64,000 nucleotides of DNA. It comes from Promethearchaeota archaeon (lineage in GTDB: Archaea > Asgardarchaeota > Lokiarchaeia > Sigyniarchaeales > SOKP01). Within the stretch, counting starts at the first letter, position 1, and every line of letters begins with the position of its first letter. The translations under genes were made by a program, and so were the position numbers. Shown here piece by piece: positions 29,329 through 38,700 of this stretch. The stretch is from contig JAHPZJ010000019.1 of NCBI GenBank assembly GCA_019058245.1, forward strand, positions 2,371-66,370. The letters are read 5' to 3'. The notes under the pieces were generated by a model that saw only the letters and a program-made list of their open reading frames with translations, did no database searches and was not told where the DNA came from.

Positions 29329-29730
29329 TTTTTTCCACTTTTTTCTTTCTTAATTTTTATATGCAATTTTCTCAGAACAACCAATAAAAACGCCGAGATA
29401 TAACTTTTTTTGGTTGTCTGTTATTTTAATTCTTATACTAATACAAGAATAAGAATTAATGATAATAATACTAATAAGTTTTGGATAATAATACTATGAT
29501 TTTTAAATACAATCATCATTATTTCCTCGACTTTATAATATTATTCAAAAATATATAATACTTTTATTTAATATCTTAAAAAACAGTGATCAATAAAAAA
29601 TTTTCGAAATAGATTTATAATTTTGGGAATAATAAACAAAAAAGTAATTAGCTTAATTAGATAAATATCAAAACAGAAAAAAAGTAGTGTTTATTATTTT
29701 AAATTAAATAAACCGTTTTATATTATAGAG

Positions 29731-30294
29731 ATGTCAGAAAAGGCAGCAAATTCAGAAGAAGTCTTTTCCTTCAAATGCCCAGCTTGTAAAGAGGGTATGA
29801 TTAACATTAAAAAAGCAATTTATGACTTACCAGATGGGGATAAAATGTTAATATTAAAATTTGAATGTAATAGTTGTAATTTTTATAAAAATGATATTAT
29901 CCCATTAACAACAAATATGAAATCAGGAATTATGACTTTAAAAATTTCGGAAGAAAATGATTTAAAATCTAAAATTTATCGCTCACCAACAGGCAAATTA
30001 GAAATTCCTGAACTAGAGCTAATCGTAGAGCCAGGTCCAAGAGCAGATTTCTATTATACTAATGTTCAAGGCATACTTTTTAGATTTGAAAATGCAGTTT
30101 CAATTTATCGAAATAATCTTGAAGAAAATGATCCAGATATAGGTGAAATAGACAACCTTCTGTTTAATTTACAACAGGCTATAGAGGGAAACTTAAAGTT
30201 TACCTTAAAAATTACTGATTTCCAGGGAGGGAGCTATATAATTCCCGAAGATAAATCAAAATACTCTTTCAAAAAAATTGAGAAAGAACAATGA
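29731..30294 (+). CDS. ZPR1 zinc-finger protein
   Basis: CPAC..CNSC, IPELEL.VEPG, TNVQG, D.QGGSYI. Confidence 0.9.
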   Translation: MSEKAANSEEVFSFKCPACKEGMINIKKAIYDLPDGDKMLILKFECNSCNFYKNDIIPLTTNMKSGIMTLKISEENDLKSKIYRSPTGKLEIPELELIVEPGPRADFYYTNVQGILFRFENAVSIYRNNLEENDPDIGEIDNLLFNLQQAIEGNLKFTLKITDFQGGSYIIPEDKSKYSFKKIEKEQ

Positions 30295-30376
30295 TAAAAA
30301 ACATGAAATACTATCTTAGTATATTTCTTTAATATATACTACTTTAAAAGAATCTAACCTAAACTTGTGAATAAAT

Positions 30377-31531
30377 ATGGGAATCCAAATTAAAAAAGTT
30401 GGAATTTTAACAGGTGGAGGAGATTGCCCTGGTCTAAATTCTGTTCTCTATGGAATCATGCTTAAAGCTTATGATGCAGGAATTGAATGTGTTGGAATTC
30501 TGAAAGGATGGAAAGGATTTATGGAAAATTTAACAATTCCACTTGATATTGCAGAACATGATGATTTACATACTGTTGGTGGGACCATCCTCTATACAAG
30601 TAGAACTAATCCGTTTAAGGGAGTCGAATCAAAAGAAGAGAAAGCTAGACAATTGACAAAGAAATTTGATGAATTAGGAATTGATGCGCTAATTACTATC
30701 GGTGGAGATGATACACTTGGAGTAGCTGATTCTCTGTATAAATTTGGTAATGCAAAAGTAGTTGGAGTACCCAAAACCATTGATAACGACATAGCTGGGA
30801 CTCATTATACGTTTGGATTCTGGAGTGCTGTGCAATTAGCCTCAAATACTCTAGATAATCTTACTACCACCGCTCATTCACATCAGAGAGTATTTGTTGT
30901 GGAAGTTATGGGAAGGGATGCCGGTTTTTTAACAATGTATAGTGGTATTTCAGCAGGAGCAGATATAATCTTAATTCCCGAAACTCCATTTGATTTAGAA
31001 AAAGATATAATAGATGTTTTGAAAAAGCGAGTTGATGCTGGATATAAATATCATATTATTGCAACATCAGAAGGCGCATATCCAAAGTTAGAATCCTTAA
31101 ATAGAGATTTTAAAACTATTTCAAAAGAAACAATTGATAAATTACCAAAGGATACATATGGGAATCCTTTATTAGCTAAATTAGGTATGTCTAGAATAAT
31201 TGTTGATGAACTTAATTTAAGAGATGATTTAAAAGAAGAATTTCAAAAAAATGATATTGATTTTGAATGTAGAAGTGTAGTACTTGGTCATACTATGCGA
31301 GCAGGAACTCCAAATTCATTTGATAGAATATTAGGATTAAGATTTGGGTTAGCTGCAATGAAACTTGTTTTAAACGGTGAATTTGGGAATATGGTATCTC
31401 TACAAGGAAATAAAATTAAAACAGTTCCATTATCAGAAGGAGTGAAAAAGAAATATATAACTCCTGAGAATGATAAAATGGAATTAAGAGATCTTTTAGT
31501 AAAAATCCGCTATTTATCTAAACAAAAATAA
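30377..31531 (+). CDS. PfkA-family 6-phosphofructokinase, probably PPi-dependent
   Basis: TGGGDCPGLN, GGTIL.TSR, GGDD, PKTIDND, EVMGR, LGH.MR. Confidence 0.92.
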   Translation: MGIQIKKVGILTGGGDCPGLNSVLYGIMLKAYDAGIECVGILKGWKGFMENLTIPLDIAEHDDLHTVGGTILYTSRTNPFKGVESKEEKARQLTKKFDELGIDALITIGGDDTLGVADSLYKFGNAKVVGVPKTIDNDIAGTHYTFGFWSAVQLASNTLDNLTTTAHSHQRVFVVEVMGRDAGFLTMYSGISAGADIILIPETPFDLEKDIIDVLKKRVDAGYKYHIIATSEGAYPKLESLNRDFKTISKETIDKLPKDTYGNPLLAKLGMSRIIVDELNLRDDLKEEFQKNDIDFECRSVVLGHTMRAGTPNSFDRILGLRFGLAAMKLVLNGEFGNMVSLQGNKIKTVPLSEGVKKKYITPENDKMELRDLLVKIRYLSKQK

Positions 31532-31694
31532 AATATATTTATTTAATTTCATTTATTTAAGCTTATCTAATAAATCTGATAGAAAGAGCGGCTTATTAAT
31601 GACTCAATTGTACAATATTTATATAGTATGTAAATTGTATATATTTTATTTCACCTATTAAAACTAATATTGGCTCAAAATTGGTGATACAGAA

Positions 31695-32630
31695 ATGGCT
31701 TATTTGTTAAAAAACCAGTTTGCATTAAAAGCGTCTGATGAATATATTTTAATTGACTATATTTCGAAAAAGGGATTTTTCGACAAATCTGTGAGAGCCT
31801 TAATCTGTTGTAAATTTAAGGTAAAAGGAACTTTGATTTACGATCAAAAGCAACCCCCTCAGGAATACCATTTGAGAATCAATGGAAAGATAGTTCCATA
31901 TAACGATTTAGACACTATAATGGATAAAAAAGCCGGAGAAATTAGCGATCTTGTTTTAATATTTAAAAATGATCTTGGTTTGGAGCCAGGTGAGAAATCC
32001 AAATTTACTTTCTCTGGAAAAGGGAGTAAAATGATGGGTAAGTTGGTTGTCCAGTCTATAAATGAAACAATAAATATTCCAGTTTCCTCAGAGATCGGAA
32101 AAGATGTTTCTTCTGTAGAAACAGTCGGAACAGGATTGGTAAATCAACCACCGCCATCAATTCCAATAGAGATCAGGGAGCAAAATATGAAAATATTAAA
32201 GGAAGCTTATGAAAACTATCTCGATGGTAAATATCCATTTGAAAAGATTAAATCAGAGGCAGATTTTGAAGAGGCTTATAATAACAAGAAGATTTTTGTT
32301 ATTAAGAAGCATATTAAAAAGGATGCTGTTGTAGTTGGTCAAGAAGGGTTTTATTATATTCGCAAGGGAGAGGAATATTATTATCCATGGCCTGAAATTA
32401 AGAATATAGCTTGGGGGAGATTACTTCATGGCAGAAAAAAGCGAATCGTTGTAAATGTTATGTTTTGGGATGACACATTTTTTAGATTTATTCCTGGAAA
32501 ATACGATCAAAGTGAATTTCCAGTTGATTTAACCACCATCGGAATGAAAGGAATAAAAATATATGAAACACTCTTTAGAAAATATTGGAAACCAGACTTT
32601 ACTTTTAAAGAATCATTTCCCAGGGGGTAA
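31695..32630 (+). CDS. Hypothetical two-domain protein, possible C-terminal PH-like fold
   Basis: 311 aa ORF with SD GGTGA; Pro-rich linker; VVGQEGFYY...YPWPEIKNI pattern. Confidence 0.65.
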   Translation: MAYLLKNQFALKASDEYILIDYISKKGFFDKSVRALICCKFKVKGTLIYDQKQPPQEYHLRINGKIVPYNDLDTIMDKKAGEISDLVLIFKNDLGLEPGEKSKFTFSGKGSKMMGKLVVQSINETINIPVSSEIGKDVSSVETVGTGLVNQPPPSIPIEIREQNMKILKEAYENYLDGKYPFEKIKSEADFEEAYNNKKIFVIKKHIKKDAVVVGQEGFYYIRKGEEYYYPWPEIKNIAWGRLLHGRKKRIVVNVMFWDDTFFRFIPGKYDQSEFPVDLTTIGMKGIKIYETLFRKYWKPDFTFKESFPRG

Positions 32631-32733
32631 GTTTATATCCCTTCCATTATATTTTAACACAAAAAAAAGATTTACCCCAATGTTTTAATATGAGATATTT
32701 TTTATTTCGAATATTAAAATACTCCATTTAAAA

Positions 32734-34272
32734 ATGATGAAATGGAAAAAAATTTTATTCTTAGTAGCAAATTATAAGACAACTGGTTATGATTTTTATG
32801 ATTCAGCCTTTCCTCCATTAGCATTTGAATATCTTGCATCATATATCGAAGATCTAGTAGATGTGAAAATACTTGACTCAAAAGCTGCAAAATTAAATTT
32901 TTCACAAGTAAAGAAGGAAATTGAAAATTATCAACCTGATCTAGTAGGATTAACAGTACCAGTTACAAGTGCAATTGATAATGTTTTACAATATGCAAAA
33001 ATTGCTAAATTATATGGCTCAACGACGGTAATTGGTGGTTGGCATCCAACATTAGCAGTTGAACAAACTTTATCTTCGCCATGGATTGATATTTTAGTTA
33101 GAGGTGAAGGTGAATTTACCTTCCGTGAATTGATTGAAAAGGGATCTCCAGTAAATATACATGGTTTATCATATAAAGCGAATGGAAAATTAATACATAA
33201 TCCAGATAGACCCTTTTTAAGAAACTTGGATGAGCTAAAACTTCCATCTCGCCATTTGGTGAGAAATTATAGATACAAAATATTTAATATGAATTGTGAT
33301 GCGATTGAGACTTCTCGTGGGTGTCCACAAGCATGTAAATTTTGCAGTACTAATGTGGTATACAATCAAACGTGGAGATCCAGATCAGTTGAAAATATTA
33401 TGAAGGAATTAGAAATTATCTCAAAAAACAAAAAAATTAATGATATTTTTATTGTAGATGATAATTTTCTTGTTAATATGAAACGTATTGGAAGATTATG
33501 CCTTGAAATAATAAAAGGTAAGAGAGAGGGAATAATACGAAAAAATATATTTTTTTTCTTTCAAGGACGATTAGATTCAATGGCGAAACATCCAAAAATA
33601 GTGAAATTAATGGCTGAAGCAGGTTTTTGGCTTGTTCTTGTAGGTGTAGAAGCAACTGACGATAAAGGACTCAAAGCAGTAGCCAAGGGCTGTAATATGA
33701 ATCAAATTAAAAGAGGAATCAATGTTTTACATGATAATGAAATAACTATAATGGGAAATGTTATTATTGGAGCTAACCTAAACGACACTATTGAGGATGT
33801 TCTTAGAACAATTAAAAGAACAAGTGAATTAAGCTTAGATTTACCAAGTTTTACACTGTTAACACCTTTTCCAGCAACTAAATTTTATGATGAAATAAAA
33901 GAAAGTAATCTACTTTTGACAGAAAAATATAGTGAATTTAACTGGCTCAATCCTGTTATAAAAACTCCTAATCTTAGTCCTGAAATTTTAAAAAAATTAT
34001 TATATCTTGGATTTTATTCAATTGGTTATTATGCTGGAGATATGAGAAATAAGGTATATTTGTACAATAGAGCTTTTAAATCAAGAGGAATTTTTTATAT
34101 CATCAATCCTTTAAGAGCTTATCGTGCTGTAATTTCATATTTTAAATGGAAAAAAATTGTATTAAGAAATTTAGAAGGATTTAAAAAGAAGGTGATAAGA
34201 CAAATAAAAGGAGGAAATCGAAATAAGATAGCTGATATTAAAAAACAATTAGAAACATGGCGATCTAATTAA
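32734..34272 (+). CDS. Cobalamin-binding (class B) radical SAM enzyme, paralogue 1
   Basis: PPL..YLA, GG.HPT, RGEGE, SRGCPQACKFC (CxxxCxxC), TPFP.T. Confidence 0.92.
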   Translation: MMKWKKILFLVANYKTTGYDFYDSAFPPLAFEYLASYIEDLVDVKILDSKAAKLNFSQVKKEIENYQPDLVGLTVPVTSAIDNVLQYAKIAKLYGSTTVIGGWHPTLAVEQTLSSPWIDILVRGEGEFTFRELIEKGSPVNIHGLSYKANGKLIHNPDRPFLRNLDELKLPSRHLVRNYRYKIFNMNCDAIETSRGCPQACKFCSTNVVYNQTWRSRSVENIMKELEIISKNKKINDIFIVDDNFLVNMKRIGRLCLEIIKGKREGIIRKNIFFFFQGRLDSMAKHPKIVKLMAEAGFWLVLVGVEATDDKGLKAVAKGCNMNQIKRGINVLHDNEITIMGNVIIGANLNDTIEDVLRTIKRTSELSLDLPSFTLLTPFPATKFYDEIKESNLLLTEKYSEFNWLNPVIKTPNLSPEILKKLLYLGFYSIGYYAGDMRNKVYLYNRAFKSRGIFYIINPLRAYRAVISYFKWKKIVLRNLEGFKKKVIRQIKGGNRNKIADIKKQLETWRSN

Positions 34273-35742
34273 ATGGAACAGAAACTTTTAAAAAACCAGA
34301 ATTTATATTGGAAAAGAATTCTATTAATTAAGCCTAATTATAGGACTACTGGTTGGGATTATTACAATATGGAATTTCCTCCAATTAATTTAACGTATAT
34401 AGCTAGCTATTTAACTGATTTAAATGTTGAGATACAAATTCTTGATACAAAAGTGAAAAACTTAACATCTAGTCAGATTAGGAAAAAAATTGAAAAATTT
34501 AATCCAGATATAGTTGGTATTTCAGTCTTTGTATCTGCCGCATTAAAGAATTCGACTATTATTGCAAAGATTGTAAAAGAAGTAAATCCACATTGCACCG
34601 TAGTATTTGGTGGGAGGCACCCCACATTCGAGTCAGATTCAACTCTAAAAATTAATGAAGTTGATATAGTAGTAAGGGGTGAAGGAGAGTTAACTTTTAG
34701 AGAATTAATTATTAAGGGTAGCCCTTTTAATGTGAAAGGTATTTCATATAAATATAATGGGAAAATAATTCATAATCCTGATAGACCATTAATAAAAAAT
34801 TTTGAAAATATTAGATTTCCCGCTAGAGAGCTCACAAAAAATTATAAATATAAAATGTTTACAGTGAGATTAGAAACAGTGGAAACATCTAGAGGTTGTC
34901 CTTATACATGTAAATTTTGTACCACACATATTTTTAATAAAAACTTATGGAGGTCTCGTTCTGTTGAAAAAATCATAAATGAATTAAAAATTATCTCACA
35001 AAATAGAAAAATTACAGATATTTTTTTTGTAGATGATAATCTAACTGTGAATACCACAAGAATTGAAAATTTGTGCGATAAAATAATTGAAAGTAAGCAA
35101 AAAAAAGAAATTAATGATTTTAAATTTTTTGCACAGATAAGGGTCGATTCTATTATAAGGGCACCTCAAATGGTAAAAAAGATGGCAAAAGCAGGATTTT
35201 GGGTCGTTTTTATAGGAATTGAAAGTGTGAATGAAGAAACTCTTAAAGAAGTAAGAAAGGGTTTTGAATTTAAAAAAGTAATTGAAGCACTTAAAATCTT
35301 ACATGATAATAATATAATTGTAATGGGGAATTTAATAATTGGCATTGATTTAGAAGAAACAGAAGAAGAAGTTATTAAAGAAATTAAATTTATGAAAACT
35401 GTGGATGTAGATTTAGTGAGCTTTGTCTTATTAACTCCATTTCCTGGAAGTGATACTTTTAAAGAACTGGATGAGCAAAGATTAGTAATATCTAAAGATT
35501 GGTCTAAATATACAGTTTTTTATCCTGTTATTAAAACTCATCAATTAAGTCCAAAACAATTGTATGATCTCTTATATTTCTCTTTTAGAGAACTAAAATA
35601 TGTTAATAATTTGAAAGAAATTGGTTATCGTATAATTAAAACTAGAGGATTGTTATTTATTTTGAATCTTAGAAGATTTCTAATACTCATAAACTCTTTC
35701 TTAAAAATGAGAAGTTTATTCAAAGAATTCAAGAAAAGATAA
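34273..35742 (+). CDS. Cobalamin-binding (class B) radical SAM enzyme, paralogue 2
   Basis: GGRHPT, RGEGE, SRGCPYTCKFC, TPFPGS. Confidence 0.92.
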   Translation: MEQKLLKNQNLYWKRILLIKPNYRTTGWDYYNMEFPPINLTYIASYLTDLNVEIQILDTKVKNLTSSQIRKKIEKFNPDIVGISVFVSAALKNSTIIAKIVKEVNPHCTVVFGGRHPTFESDSTLKINEVDIVVRGEGELTFRELIIKGSPFNVKGISYKYNGKIIHNPDRPLIKNFENIRFPARELTKNYKYKMFTVRLETVETSRGCPYTCKFCTTHIFNKNLWRSRSVEKIINELKIISQNRKITDIFFVDDNLTVNTTRIENLCDKIIESKQKKEINDFKFFAQIRVDSIIRAPQMVKKMAKAGFWVVFIGIESVNEETLKEVRKGFEFKKVIEALKILHDNNIIVMGNLIIGIDLEETEEEVIKEIKFMKTVDVDLVSFVLLTPFPGSDTFKELDEQRLVISKDWSKYTVFYPVIKTHQLSPKQLYDLLYFSFRELKYVNNLKEIGYRIIKTRGLLFILNLRRFLILINSFLKMRSLFKEFKKR

Positions 35743-35894
35743 AATCTCTTTTGATATTTGTCAATAATATTGAAAGCTTTTTTTTTACAAAATTTTTAAA
35801 AAATAAACCCTAATTCATAAGAAGAAAAAGTGTGGGATTTAAATCTCTTAGATAAGAATTATCATTACAAACCATTTTATTAGGTATAAGAATA

Positions 35895-37121
35895 ATGCAA
35901 TTAAAAAAAAAATCAGTTCTATTACTACTCATTTTAGGGATAGGCTTTTTTTCAGGATTTATAACAATTGCTAATGCTTGCAAAACCGATTACACTGAAC
36001 ATAATTATGCTGAATGGAGATTTTCTAACAATCAACCCTATTTATATGTAGAAGCAGACGATTACTATACTCTTGGATTCTTAGAAGGACAAAATTTAGC
36101 TTCTCAAATAGCTTGGATGAAACTTATGATAATACTTCAAGCTCAAGAACTAGGTCTTTCATATCATATTGCAATTTATTCCGCTTTAGATTATCTTGAA
36201 TCTATTCCTGAAGAATACTTACTTGAGTTGCAAGGAATGGCGGATGCTATTGATGTCGTATCAATTTCATTTATGGAGAACATTTATGAAATTTCAATTG
36301 ATTTTATGGATATCTTGGCTCAAAACTGTTTTTGGGATATTTATTATGGAAAAATTATTCCAATGCTAACAGGATATCCACAATCACCATTAATAATGGG
36401 AGGATGCACTGCTATTGGATCTCATACAAGTAGAAATACAGTATTCGGACAAACAATTGATCTTTCTCTATTAATGGTGCCAACAGCGTCATGGGTCTAT
36501 ACAAGAATCAACAACAAAAGAGTTTTTTCCTTTAGAATGGGTAGTATGCTAGCTATGGGGGGGATAAATAAATGGGGACTTTCTCTTTCTGTTAATCTAA
36601 TTGAAGTTTTTAATTATGGATGTCCAGGGATTCCTCTCTCAATCATTTATAGGAACACATTGGAAAACGCCAGAACTGTTAAGCAAGCAAAAAGTAAAAT
36701 TGTTTCTAATGACTATACGGTAGGATGGAATTATATTATAAGAACTCGAAAAACTATGGTAGCAATTGAAACGATTCCTAATTCTTATTCATTAGAGAGA
36801 GTTGTAAGAGGAAGCTACACTTTTGATGCAAACATCTATGAAAATCCCTTATTCAAAATGTCTATGATTTACCCCACAAAATACTTAGAACGGTATAATA
36901 GAGTTTCTGAATTATGTAATATTTATAGCCAAGATAGTAACTTAGATATTCAAGATTTGTTCAATATTTTCTCGGATACTCAAATTTCAAGAAGATTTAC
37001 TACTGGAGATCCTATGGAAGTAGGAACAGTCGGTTCTTTTTTCGTTGATCACAAAAATAGAGTTTACTTTTGTTTAGGAAATCCATTAGACTCTAGTTTT
37101 GGCAAAATAAAATCAATCTAA
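35895..37121 (+). CDS. Secreted Ntn-hydrolase, peptidase C45-like (autoproteolytic acyltransferase)
   Basis: Signal peptide; ELQGMADA; GG|CTAIG nucleophile; GQT.D; GINKWGL..SVN. Confidence 0.8.
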   Translation: MQLKKKSVLLLLILGIGFFSGFITIANACKTDYTEHNYAEWRFSNNQPYLYVEADDYYTLGFLEGQNLASQIAWMKLMIILQAQELGLSYHIAIYSALDYLESIPEEYLLELQGMADAIDVVSISFMENIYEISIDFMDILAQNCFWDIYYGKIIPMLTGYPQSPLIMGGCTAIGSHTSRNTVFGQTIDLSLLMVPTASWVYTRINNKRVFSFRMGSMLAMGGINKWGLSLSVNLIEVFNYGCPGIPLSIIYRNTLENARTVKQAKSKIVSNDYTVGWNYIIRTRKTMVAIETIPNSYSLERVVRGSYTFDANIYENPLFKMSMIYPTKYLERYNRVSELCNIYSQDSNLDIQDLFNIFSDTQISRRFTTGDPMEVGTVGSFFVDHKNRVYFCLGNPLDSSFGKIKSI

Positions 37122-37217
37122 AAAAACAGAAATATTACATAAAAACCAATTAAAATCTTTTTTTTTATTTGATAATTATTTTTATCCATAGTTTTTATTC
37201 TTCTGGAAACTTAAAGT

Positions 37218-37763
37218 CTATGTCTTATTGATAATTTTTGTAAAATTGTAAGTCTTATCTATCTTTTCAATAAGTTTAAATAGACCTGTTTTTGCCACTT
37301 CTGCTTCAATATCGTTTATATGATGACAATCTATTGAGAAAATTGCATCTGGTTTTAAAACTCGGTGAAATTCCTTTAAAATTCTATAGGGATCATTTAA
37401 CATATGGAACATGTCAAAACATAAAATAACGTCAATAGAATTATCCGTTAATCCTGTTGAACAATCTGTTGTAATAGTTTCAATATTAGTTAAACCTTCT
37501 TTTAACGCTTTTTTCTGAACTTTTTTAGCAGATAATGGATGTATGTCTGCTGCATAGACTTTTCCAGAGACACCTACAGCTTTAGCTGCTGAAATTGTAT
37601 AACTTCCTGCTCCACAACCGTAATCTAGGACATAATATCCTTCCTTAATTTTAGCTTTATTAACCTTTTTCACGGGTTTAGAAACAATATCCCGTAAAGA
37701 AAATAGCATAGACATCATTTTAAAAGATATTGCTTTCATGGGTATGTCTCGCTCAGTTTTCAT
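37218..37763 (-). CDS. Class I SAM-dependent methyltransferase
   Basis: VLDYGCGAG, VYAADI, EFHRVLKP. Confidence 0.9.
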   Translation of the reverse strand: MKTERDIPMKAISFKMMSMLFSLRDIVSKPVKKVNKAKIKEGYYVLDYGCGAGSYTISAAKAVGVSGKVYAADIHPLSAKKVQKKALKEGLTNIETITTDCSTGLTDNSIDVILCFDMFHMLNDPYRILKEFHRVLKPDAIFSIDCHHINDIEAEVAKTGLFKLIEKIDKTYNFTKIINKT

Positions 37764-37772
37764 TAGCTTTAA

Positions 37773-38057
37773 TTACCTCATTGTTTGTTTCATTGCTCTA
37801 TAGCTAAACAATGAAGCTAAGATTTGGAAAATCAACATTAGAATAGGAACTGGGCTCTTACTAGCTTCCTCTATTGTAATAAATAATAAATCAATGATAC
37901 TAACTAGAGTTAAAGCAGAAGTTATTGAAATTGCAATTTTACCTCCCTTAAAGACTAATTTTTTCTGTTGAGTATACAAGGGAATAAGAATTAACGCTAT
38001 TATAGTACCAATAATATGCCGTGTACCTCCAAGAGTATTATTAGAAATTTTCTCCAT
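37773..38057 (-). CDS. Small 3-TM membrane protein
   Basis: Hydrophobic ORF; likely start ATG 38057 after AGTGA; 9 nt from the methyltransferase. Confidence 0.6.
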   Translation of the reverse strand: MEKISNNTLGGTRHIIGTIIALILIPLYTQQKKLVFKGGKIAISITSALTLVSIIDLLFITIEEASKSPVPILMLIFQILASLFSYRAMKQTMR

Positions 38058-38080
38058 ATTTTTATTCACTATCAAATAAT

Positions 38081-38130
38081 ATAAGTCTTTACTTATATAA
38101 GCAAACACTTATATATAAATATTTGCTTAT
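38081..38130. promoter_or_regulatory. Three tandem inverted repeats ATAAG-N6-CTTAT (putative ArsR operators)
   Basis: Copies at 38081-96, 38097-112 and 38115-130 (last has one mismatch); same motif upstream of arsR. Confidence 0.7.
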
Positions 38131-38198
38131 TTCTAAATTTGTATCTATTATATTAAAATAACTAATACTTGGATTTCTATTAAATCTTAAGAGAATTA

Positions 38199-38558
38199 TC
38201 AGTTCTCTTTTTTTTGTTGGGGATTATTAGGACAATCGCTACATTTACCCTCAAAAGTGCATCTCATATAAGACATTTCTAACATAACGTTAAGACGTTT
38301 TTTAAACCTTTTGAATTTGGTTTTATTTACATAATAATAATTACAATTTTGTTCTTTTTGTGATTTTATAAGATTAAGCTCTTTAAGCAAGTTTATATGT
38401 TGAGTAATTGCTGGTTGTGATATCCCTATTTTTTCTGCTAAATCTATTACTTTAAGCTTATTCTCATCATTGAACATCAATAGACGTAGTAGCTTAAGTC
38501 TTGTAGGATCGCCAAGAGCTTTAAAGAATTGAGATAAATCTTCTACAACATCTGTCAT
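38199..38558 (-). CDS. ArsR/SmtB family transcriptional regulator with a C-terminal Cys cluster
   Basis: FKALGDPTRLKLL, ISQPAITQH; tail CTFEGKCSDC. Confidence 0.92.
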   Translation of the reverse strand: MTDVVEDLSQFFKALGDPTRLKLLRLLMFNDENKLKVIDLAEKIGISQPAITQHINLLKELNLIKSQKEQNCNYYYVNKTKFKRFKKRLNVMLEMSYMRCTFEGKCSDCPNNPQQKKEN

Positions 38559-38586
38559 GGTATTCTTGAGATAATTCTATAATTAT

Positions 38587-38604
38587 TATAAGTAATTACT
38601 TATA
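38587..38604. promoter_or_regulatory. Perfect palindrome TATAAGTAATTACTTATA (putative ArsR autoregulatory operator)
   Basis: About 30 nt upstream of the arsR start; contains ATAAG-N6-CTTAT. Confidence 0.7.
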
Positions 38605-38700
38605 TAACAATCTATTGGTTTAAGGGAGGAAACTTAATGAATTTAGAGTTATAATTATAACCAAAATTTTTTATATCTTTTTAATAATGAAAGAAAAAAA

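Noticed and set aside
37218-37763. ArsM arsenite methyltransferase call
   Set aside because: Too short, and the ArsM cysteine arrangement is not recognisable.
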